NCBI GenBank assembly: GCA_043228905.1
Contig: JBHGNT010000002.1
Location: 24,242,001 to 24,306,000 of the forward strand
Direction: 5' to 3'
DNA from: Azolla caroliniana
Taxonomy: Eukaryota; Plantae; Polypodiophyta
DNA: 64,000 bases
The translations under genes and the position numbers were made by a program. The number at the start of each line of letters is the position of its first letter. The stretch's first letter is position 1. The notes below the pieces were generated by a model that worked only from the letters and a program-made list of their open reading frames with translations, was not told the DNA's origin and ran no database searches. Shown one piece after another: positions 47,379 through 57,750 of the stretch.

Positions 47379-48486
47379 GCGGTCAAGTGGATACTCCGGT
47401 ATCTGAAAGGCACTTCGAGTATGTGCCTCTAGTTCGGTTCCGGTAATCCCCAACCTGACGGATTCACAGATTCAGATATGTCGGCTGATGCGGATACCAG
47501 CCGGTCTACATCCGGATATGTCATGACTTATGCAGGGGGAGTTGTTTCGTGGCAGTCGAGGCTGCAGAGGACAGTTGTGTTGTCAACCACGAAGGCGGAG
47601 TACATGGCAGTTGTAGAAGTCAACAAGGAGATAATCTGGGTGAAGGACTTCATCGGAGAGCTACGAATCCAACAGGAGGAATATCGGCTCTACTGCAACA
47701 GTCAAAGTGCCATCCATCATGCAAAGAACGCGGCCTACCATTCCCAGACGAAACATATCCAGCGGAGGTACCACTAGATCCGGGAGAGAGTAGAAGATCA
47801 AGAGTTCGTGCTAATAGAGATCCACACGGAGGAGAACGGGTCGGATATGTTGACCAAGGTGTTGACAACCGACAAGTTAGACGCATGCCGAAAGCGGATT
47901 AGGCTAGCGAGACATCCCATGCCGGAGTGAAGGGGGAGATTGTTGGGAAATCGGTCCCTCCGGATGGGATCTGGTTATGAATGAAGTAGACCTGGTGAGA
48001 ACCGGAAGAGATCCGGAAACCGGTTCGGATAGACCCGGTGAGAATCGGAAGAGAAGACAGATTTGTAAATATATCTTGAGTAAGCCCATTGAACCTATAT
48101 TTGTAAATAGCCCTAAGTTCATATAAGTATAAATATGAACTTAGGGCAATCATTTTAGGAGAGAGTGTTGTCATATTGTTGTAAGAGTTGTTGTAATTGT
48201 TGTATAGAGAGCGACAGAGAGAGAGGGAGAGAGCAAGAGAGATACAGAGCGATACTCTGTTGTAACCGTCGTTGGGCGAAGAAATAGAGTTCGAGGTCGT
48301 TGCCTCCGAGTCTCTGATTGTACCCCTTCTCTTCATAATGATAGTTTGGAGTTTGTGGGCTCCCTTGGTTTTTCCCTAAGGTTTTCCACGTAAACATCCT
48401 GTGTCATTTTTGTGTACTCTTTTTCATTCCCATTTCTGTGATTCAAGACTCGGTTGTGGCCGAGCAATATTCCGCGATTCTCTACA

Positions 48487-48751
48487 CTTTGGACACACTC
48501 AATTTAGGATAATTCTGTAAATATGTCAAAGGGTAGTTGCCCTAGCCCAATTGGTATATAACTAGCTTTGTAACCTAGTTCATGGGCTATTGTTGCCTCT
48601 ATTTGTTGCAACTCTAAGTTTTAATAATACGGTTACATTGTGTGCCTCTTTGCCTCTCTTTCTCACATTCTATCTCCTTGAACTTGTTTTAACTTGCTAA
48701 CTTGGTGATCATCTTAACATAGATGTTGTTCTTTCGTCTCAGACTCCAACA
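48487..48751 (+). repeat. Old LTR remnant related to the Copia H LTR
   Basis: CTTTGGACA...TTCTGTAAATA...AAAGGGTAGTTGCCCTAG matches the reverse complement of 24049-24357; ends CCAACA. Confidence 0.6.
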
Positions 48752-49062
48752 AAAGGGAGAGGACAACCATTATTGGATGAAGGTTAATCGTTATCTTTGA
48801 GTTCTGTTGGATACGTCTGTGATGCCATCATATTGGCTCGTTATCGTGGCTACAACTTCACTCCATATCTCCTACAATAACATTGTCTGATGCGCGGTTT
48901 GATTGGAGAATACATACCTAAAACATTGTTTCCAAATAATCCATAGTGTTATTGGGGAGACCAATTCCATCATGACTTGATCTTTGGCATTGATGTGGGT
49001 TAAAATAATTGGGAGGTTATCATTTACATATAATATCTATTGTAACTATTATAGATAAATTG

Positions 49063-49064
<2 letters not shown>

Positions 49065-49119
<55 letters not shown>
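49065..49119. repeat. (AT)n microsatellite
   Basis: Perfect AT run of about 27 units. Confidence 0.97.
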
Positions 49120-49122
<3 letters not shown>

Positions 49123-52100
49123 ATACAAGATGTCATCAACTCACACAACCTAATGCATGATCAGCAAACAGCATGCTTGCACGAATGTCACACGGTGATC
49201 ATGCATAAATGCTATATAATGACGGGAACTACAACGCTCCTTATACGCACCGCTCGGCCACAACCGAGCTTAGAATCATACACAGAGAATGGAAATAAAT
49301 CCAAACTAGAGTACACAGGATGTTTACGTGGAAAACCCAAACTAGGGAAAAAACCACGGCAGCCCACAGGCTGCAAACTATCACTATGCTAGAATGTACA
49401 ACAGTGAGTTCACGGAGGCAACGACCTCGTGCTCACGATCTTCGCCACAGGCGGCGGTTACAACAGAGGCAACGACCTCGTTCTCTCACTCTCACTCTCT
49501 CTTTACACAGTTACGCGCTCTAATCTCGCGCAAACAAGAATAACAACAACAGTTACTATAAGTTTGCCCTAAGTCATATTTATACCAATATGAATTTTCG
49601 GCTATTTACAAATATAGACACGATGGGCTCTCAGAAACATATTTACAAATATGTCTCTTCATTCAGTGAGCACTCCTCACTGGGTCTGCACCATCCGGCT
49701 CTCCGTAGCCGGGTACTCCTCATCCGGTTCTCACCGGCCTGCACCGTCCGGCTCTCCGTAGCCGAGTACTCCTCATCCAGTTCTCACCGGGCTTGCACCA
49801 TCCGGCTCTACGTAGCCGGGTACTCCTCATCCGGTTCTCACCGGGTCTGCACCATCCGGTCCTCCGTAGCCGGGTACTCCTAGTCCGATTTCGGCCTCGG
49901 CCTTTGTTCATCGGCATTGTTCTTCTCCCTTCCCATCCGGAGGGACCTGTCTCCCAACAAACTCCCCCTTCACTCCGGCATGGGGTGTCTTACCAGTCTG
50001 ATTCTCTTCCGGCATGCATCCAGCTTGTCAGGTATGAGCACTTTGGTCAGCATATCTGACCCGTTCTCAGCCGTGTGGATCTTCATCAGCGTGAACTCCT
50101 AGTCCTCTACTCTTTCCCGGATCCAGTGATATCTTCGTTGGATATGCTTCGTCCGGGAATGGTAGGCCGCATTCTTAGCAAGGTGGATGGCACTTTGACT
50201 ATCGCAATAGAGCCGGTATTCCTCTTGCCGAATACTGAGCTCTCCAATGAAGTCCTTCATCCATAATATTTCCTTGCCGGCTTCCACAACTGCCATGTAC
50301 TCCGCCTCCGTGGTTGACAATGCAACCGTCTTTTGCAGCCTCGACTGCCACGAAACAGCTCCCCCTGCATATGTCATTACATACCCGAATGTAGACCGGC
50401 TGGTATCCACCTCAGCCAACATGTCTGAATCGGTGAAGCTGTCCAGTTGAGGTTTTCCAGAGCCGAATCGGAGACACATATTTGGAGTGCCCTTCAAATA
50501 CCGGAGTATCCATTTGACCGCTGTCGTGAAGAAAACCGTCCATAGGCGGAATCGGCGCACCAAGGCGTGGGAACCGGTTCTTCACGCGCGCACGCTCCAA
50601 GTTGTACATAGAAGCGAATTAGGAGGATAATCGGCAGGAACGGGCCCTAACACAAGTGGAGACAAAGACCACGCGAACAGTCTTTTCGGTCGCGCGCACG
50701 AGCTAAGGAACTGTACGAGTCGGCGGCGTAACTACGCGGATGCGTGAAGAACGGAGCGGATCCCTGTCCAAAAGGGACAGGGAATAAAGCTGACGTGACG
50801 GCCTGCTCGTCGATATATATAAGGAGTAGGAAAGAGCTGTTGCAGGCATCTCGCGGAGAGAGGACGAAGTGCTGCCGGACCGTTTCTGGACGCTTCTCTC
50901 TCTGTTTCCTTCCTTCTTGAGCTCCATAGCTTTTCTGTGCAGGGTTCCGAGGAGGCTCGCGCTGTTTCGAGGAACGCCCGAGTGCTTCCGGCAGCACCTC
51001 CGACCTGCTCCCCCTTTGTGCGTCGAAGCGAACAAGCATCGGCATCTGTTCGCCGGCCTGCTCGGTTGTAGCCAACCTGTGCCCCATCGAGGGTTGTAGT
51101 CGTGTTAGCCATTTTTGTTAATATACATATTTAGTCATTCGCATCTGTCTGTGTCGGTGTCTGTTCGCGTTCTCCGTGCTGAAGGGCCGTGTCCCTGTGT
51201 ATCCCCGGTCCTGCGTAGCCGGTTCTCTCTCTTTCTCCTCCCTCGCTTGCTCTTTGGTTCGAGACCCCCGCGGTCCCGCCTCGTTTCCACACGCACTTGC
51301 GTAATATCTCGACATCTTTGGTGAACCCGACGTGAAGGGCGGCAAGGGAGAAAGAGATGGAAGAAGGCTTCGACTTCGAGGAAATGATGACAAAGATCTT
51401 GATGGACGCCGGACGGAAGAGGGCGAGGCGAGAGGCGGCTCAACAAGCGGTCGAAAGGGTGGTCCGTCTAGTCGGCCGGTTCGATGGGAAGGAGGTCCCA
51501 AAATTTTTGAGAGCCTACGATGCGGAAATGACGAGGATGGGCGTGGACGAAGCGACGAGGCTAGAGTTCTTTCGTCGAGCGGCGGCCGCATCAAAGTACG
51601 AGGAGGTCAAGGAGCTCCAAGAAGCTCACGAATCGTGGGAGTCCTTTGAAGGGGCTCTAATGGAGGCATACGGGTGCGCGGAATCGGAGGTAAGAGGTCG
51701 GCGAGAGTTCGATCGGTGGGTGGCGTCGGCGAGGCGCCATCGGAGCGCAATAGAGGCATTCCGAGAGTTCGAGCGTCGTTTCTCTCAACTCTCGGAGTGG
51801 GAATGAAGATCGGTGGGGGCGGACAAAGTCCTCCTATTTTTGGAGACGGTCCATCATGAGGAGAGGATGGACATCATGTTCGAGCTTCAAGACGATTATG
51901 GGGCGCATGGTCTCACCGAGGAGTGGCCCGAAGTGGAATGGGTGTGTCGGCAACATGAGGCGAGGCGGTCGGCCACAACACAGCCCGCGAGCGGGGGAGA
52001 AGAGAGAGCGACGACCGACTACGCCATGCCGCCGGACGAGAGCTCATCGCAAACCGGTTTGGAGGGGCCCGACCTACAAGCGCTAATACGGGAGGCGTGC

Positions 52101-52156
52101 GGGCTCGTAATGGCGAAAATCGAAGCCGAAGAATGGCTTATTGCGGGGTCGGGCCC

Positions 52157-55100
52157 GAGCGAATCAAAGGGGTTGCATCGGACCCCAGCTTACGAGATCC
52201 GGCCTGTATAGGACACACCTTCACCAACGAGACGCTCCAGGAGCTCAAAATCGGTGGGGGCGGGTTCCTACTACCGGCGGAGGAAGACCGGTTTCGGAGA
52301 ATGCTCGGAAGGCACGGGAAAGCCTTCGCATTCTCACCGGAGGAAATCGGGTGCGTAAACCCGACGATCGTAGAGCCGATGGTGATATTCACGGTACCGC
52401 ATGTACCTTGGAATCTCAAGCCAATTCCGGTTCCGAGAGCTCACATCCCGAAGTTGATGGAGCTGTTGAAGCAGAAAGTTGATATGGGCATTCTCGAGCC
52501 GTCGAGCGCCCCATATTCAAACCGATGGTTTACCGTACCAAAGAAAAACGGATCATTGCGCTTCATTCAGGACCTGCAACCGGTCAATAGGGTGACCATT
52601 CGGAACGCAGGGATTGGACCGACCATAGACGAGTTCGCGGAGGCCTTCGCCGGAAGGTCGATTTACTCAGTCGGTGATCTATACTCAGGGTACGACCAGT
52701 TCCAGCTAGCCGTGGAGAGCAGAGACATTACGACGATGCGAACTCCCCTCGGCCTAGTGCGGATGTGTACGCTGCCGCAAGGAGGGACCAACTCGGTGGC
52801 CCACATGGTGAATGCGATGAACAAGGTTCTGAGGGACTGCATCCCGGACATCACCATGCCGTTTCTGGACGACATCCCGATCAAGGGATGCCCGGTAGCA
52901 GAAAAGGACGAGACGATCGGGCCGGACGGATGCCGGCGATTCGTGGCGACGCACATCGACGACTGCGAGAAGGTGCTGCAAAGGCTAGAGGCTGCGAGGC
53001 TCACCTTCTCGGGGGAGAAATCAGCCTTCGGGCAGTCGGAAATCATGGTGGTCGGACATTTATGTGGACCATATGGCCGGAAACCGTCTCCGGCAAAGGT
53101 AGAAGCCATCTCCGCGATGAAGCCTGATTGCAGCTCGGTCACGGAAGTACGAAGATTCTTGGGAGCATGCGCCTTCTACCACATATGGATCCCGCATTAC
53201 GCGCACGTCGCGGAGCCGCTGTACGGATTATTGAAGAAAGGGCGAAGATTCGAATGGCTAGACAAGCACACGGAGTCGGTCCGGAAGCTGAAGGAGGCTC
53301 TTTCGGCAGCATCGGCGCTCCGAAAGGCCGTCTACGGGAAGGGCACCCCAGTGTACATAACGGTTGACACGAGTCCGACCGGAATCGGGTGGGTCGTCAA
53401 CCAAGAAGACGAGGACGGCAATCGGTTCCCGATCCGATTCGGCGCGAAGGTCCTCAGTGAGCGGCAGCGAGGATACGCCCAGGTTAAACGCGAACTCTGG
53501 GGTATCGTTTCGGCGGTGAAGGCCGACAAGGACTATCTGATCGGGACAGAGGTAATCATAGAGACGGATTGCATGCCGATTCTCGGCATGGTTTCCGGAT
53601 GCGCGACGCCGGACCTGGCAATGCTCAGGTGGATAGCGTACATCAAGTCCTTGGACCCGGAAATACGACACATTTCCGGGAAAGACAACGCCATGGCCGA
53701 CATGCTTTCAAGGGCGAGATTCGATGACGAGGGCGGCATGGTTTCGGAGGACGAAGAGGTCGGCGTGGACTTCTTCGGGGCAGCATACGTAACAACCGGC
53801 GGGACGAGCACTCCGGCGCTTAACGACTTCGACGCGAGCAAGTACGACGGGGAGTGGCTGCAGATCGGCGGGTTCTTGAGGACAATGGCGCCGGATGCGT
53901 CATGGACGAAAGACGAGGCCAACCGGATCCGGAAGAAAGCGTACCGGTTCTTTCTCCGGGATGGCTATCTATGGAAGCACCCGAAGAAGAGGGACGGCGC
54001 TCCGCTCCGGGTGGTGGCGATGAAGGAAGAACAGGAGGAGCTGCTGACGGCCTACCACGACAGCCCTTGGGCCGGACACCGTGGAACTTGGGCCACGTTC
54101 GAGAAGATAAAGGAGAAGTACTAGTGGTCGGGACTGTACCGGGACGTGCATCGATTAGTGACAACTTGCGAGAGCTGTCAGATGCACTCCGTGGTCCGAC
54201 ACCGGGACGAGCTTCACCCTACGTACCCTCCGACCATCCACTTCAAATGGATGGTAGATCTGGTGACGATGCCAATGGGGGTAGGACAGATGCGGTACCT
54301 GGTCCTAGCGCGGGAGGATCTGACGAACCAGGTGGAAGGCCGGGCCCTTCCGAACAAAACGACCGCGGCCGTATGTCGGTTCCTAATCGAGGACGTGATA
54401 TGCCGGTACGGGTGCGTCGGGAAGATCGTGGCTGACCGAGGGGAGTTGGACGCCGAAGAAGCCGCGGAGCTGTTCGACCGGCTGGGAGTCAAGCTCTCGC
54501 TCACCACTGCGTACAATCCGGAGGCGAATGGAAAGGTGGAGCGCGGACACGGACCGATCGTCAAGGCGCTGGTTCGAGCATGCGGAGGCCAAGTCGGTAA
54601 CTGGCCACGGCTGCTACCTTATGCTTTGTGGGCAGACCGGACCACGCACAGTTCGGTAACCGGGTACATGCCGACGGAGCTCATGTTCGGCCAGAAGCCG
54701 ATCATGCCGATAGAACGGACGATCTCCTCGTGGGCAACGGTCGACTGGAGGGACGAGATGAGCCGGGAGGAGTTGTTGGCCGCGCGTATACGACAGCTCG
54801 AGCGGAGACCGGAGGACGTGGAACTGGCTGCGGAGAAGCTCCGGGTGGCGAGGACAAAGAACAAAGCCGGGTTCGACCGAACGCACCGGCTCCGACCGAA
54901 GAAAATCGACGAAGGTGACTGGGTGCTCGTCTACGACAGCAGCCTCGACAACCAGCACCGAGCTACACGGAAGTTCGCACGAAGGTGGTTCGGGCCTTAC
55001 GTGGTGCGGAGCGCCAATGACAACGGGACATATCACCTGGCGGAACTAGACGGCACGAGAATGGCGATACCGGTTGCAGGGAAGCGGATCAAAGCGTTCA

Positions 55101-55192
55101 AGAAGCGACACAACGACAAGCCAGACCCGGCTCTCCTAGTCAGCAGTGACGAACGATCCGAAAACGAGGAAGAACCGACGGGCGAGGAATGA
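52157..55192 (+). pseudogene. pol: RT-RNaseH-integrase of element B with one in-frame TAG
   Basis: DLYSGYDQF, FLDDIPIKG, TVDTSPTGIG, INT DLVTM/ADRGE/NGKVERG and GPY. TAG at 54122-54124. Confidence 0.93.
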
Positions 55193-57424
55193 AGACGGGC
55201 CGGTTTTCTCCGTCCCAACTCTCTTGGCGCATACCGGAGGATGCGCAGTTAGGTGGGGGCGGATGTCGTGAAGAAAACCGTCCATAGGCGGAATCGGCGC
55301 ACCAAGGCGTGGGAACCGGTTCTTCACGCGCGCACGCTCCAAGTTGTACATAGAAGCAAATTAGGAGGATAATCGGCAGGAACGGGCCCTAACACAAGTG
55401 GAGACAAAGACCGCGCGAACAGTCTTTTCGGTCGCGCGCACGAGCTAAGGAACTGTACGAGTCGGCGGCGTAACTACGCGGATGCGTGAAGAACGGAGCG
55501 GATCCCTGTCCAAAAGGGACAAGGAATAAAGCTGACGTGACGGCCTGCTCGTCGATATATATAAGGAGCAGGAAAGAGCTGTTGCAGGCATCTCGCGGAG
55601 AGAGGACGAAGTGCTGCCGGACCGTTTCTGGACGCTTCTCTCTCTGTTTCCTTCCTTCTTGAGCTCCATAGCTTTTCTGTGCAGGGTTCCGAGGAGGCTC
55701 GCGCTATTTCGAGGAACGCCCGAGTGCTTGCTGCTGACGGCCTACCACGACAGCCCTTGGGCCGGACACCGTGGAACTTGGGCCACGTTCGAGAAGATAA
55801 AGGAGAAGTACTAGTGGTCGGGACTGTACCGGGACGTGCATCGATTAGTGACAACTTGCGAGAGCTGTCAGATGCACTCCGTGGTCCGACACCGGGACGA
55901 GCTTCACCCTACGTACCCTCCGACCATCCACTTCAAATGGATGGTAGATCTGGTGACGATGCCAATGGGGGTAGGACAGATGCGGTACCTGGTCCTAGCG
56001 CGGGAGGATCTGACGAACCAGGTGGAAGGCCGGGCCCTTCCGAACAAAACGACCGCGGTCGTATGTCGGTTCCTAATCGAGGACGTGATATGCCGGTACG
56101 GGTGCGTTGGGAAGATCGTGGCTGACCGAGGGGAGTTGGACGCCGAAGAAGCCGCGGAGCTGTTCGACCGGCTGGGAGTCAAGCTCTCGCTCACCACTGC
56201 GTACAATCCGGAGGCGAATGGAAAGGTGGAGCGCGGACACGGACCGATCGTCAAGGCGCTGGTTCGAGCATGCGGAGGCCAAGTCGGTAACTGGCCACGG
56301 CTGCTACCTTATGCTTTGTGGGCAGACCGGACCACGCACAGTTCGGTAACCGGGTACATGCCGACGGAGCTCATGTTCGGCCAGAAGCCGATCATGCCGA
56401 TAGAACGGACGATCTCCTCGTGGGCAACGGTCGACTGGAGGGACGAGATGAGCCGGGAGGAGTTGTTGGCCGCGCGTATACGACAGCTCGAGCGGAGACC
56501 GGAGGACGTGGAACTGGCTGCGGAGAAGCTCCGGGTGGCGAGGACAAAGAACAAAGCCGGGTTCGACCGAACGCACCGGCTCCGACCGAAGAAAATCGAC
56601 GAAGGTGACTGGGTGCTCGTCTACGACAGCAGCCTCGACAACCAGCACCGAGCTACACGGAAGTTCGCACGAAGGTGGTTCGGGCCTTACGTGGTGCGGA
56701 GCGCCAATGACAACGGGACATATCACCTGGCGGAACTAGACGGCACGAGAATGGCGATACCGGTTGCAGGGAAGCGGATCAAAGCGTTCAAGAAGCGACA
56801 CAACGACAAGCCAGACCCGGCTCTCCTAGTCAGCAGTGACGAACGATCCGAAAACGAGGAAGAACCGACGGGCGAGGAATGAAGACGGGCCGGTTTTCTC
56901 CGTCCCAACTCTCTTGGCGCATACCGGAGGATGCGCAGTTAGGTGGGGGCGGATGTCGTGAAGAAAACCGTCCATAGGCGGAATCGGCGCACCAAGGCGT
57001 GGGAACCGGTTCTTCACGCGCGCACGCTCCAAGTTGTACATAGAAGCGAATTAGGAGGATAATCGGCAGGAACAGGCCCTAACACAAGTGGAGACAAAGA
57101 CCGCGCGAACAGTCTTTTCGGTCGCGCGCACGAGCTAAGGAACTGTACGAGTCGGCGGCGTAACTACGCGGATGCGTGAAGAACGGAGCGGATCCCTGTC
57201 CAAAAGGGACAGGGAATAAAGCTGACGTGACGGCCTGCTCGTCGATATATATAAGGAGCAGGAAAGAGCTGTTGCAGGCATCTCGCGGAGAGAGGACGAA
57301 GTGCTACCGGACCGTTTCTGGACGCTTCTCTCTCTGTTTCCTTCCTTCTTGAGCTCCATAGCTTTTCTGTGCAGGGTTCCGAGGAGGCTCGCGCTGTTTC
57401 GAGGAACGCCCGAGTGCTTGCTGC
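54040..57424 (+). repeat. 1690-bp tandem duplication (integrase, PPT and 5' part of the LTR)
   Basis: Sequence at 54041 recurs at 55731, with GCTGC microhomology at the junction. Second integrase ORF at 55836-56882. Confidence 0.95.
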
Positions 57425-57750
57425 AGCACCTCCGACCTGCTCCCCCTTTGTGCGTCGAAGCGAACAAGCATCGGCATCTGTTCGCCGGCCTGCTCGGTTG
57501 TAGCCAACCTGTGCCCCATCGAGGGTTGTAGTCGTGTTAGCCATTTTTGTTAATATACATATTTAGTCATTCGCATCTGTCTGTGTCGGTGTCTGTTCGC
57601 GTTCTCCGTGCTGAAGGGCCGTGTCCCTGTGTATCCCCGGTCCTGCGTAGCCGGTTCTCTCTCTTTCTCCTCCCTCGCTTGCTCTTTGGTTCGAGACCCC
57701 CGCGGTCCCGCCTCGTTTCCACACGCACTTGCGTAATATCTCGACACCGC

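Larger units (their letters stand above)
38588..48486 (+). mobile_element. 5'-truncated decayed Ty1/Copia element 'G1'
   Basis: CFYCGK knuckle, WVVDSGASFH, LWHKRLCHMS, RADNGGEY, QLDVKTAFLHGDL and RH 47383-47900. PPT GAAGGGGGAG, 3' LTR 47941 to about 48486. Confidence 0.92.
50522..57746 (+). mobile_element. Young GC-rich Gypsy 'B' with protease deleted and INT-LTR segment duplicated
   Basis: 793-bp LTRs at 50522-51314 and 56954-57746, TSD CCGC, Trp PBS at 51319, gag from 51357 fused to RT near 52157. Confidence 0.96.
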
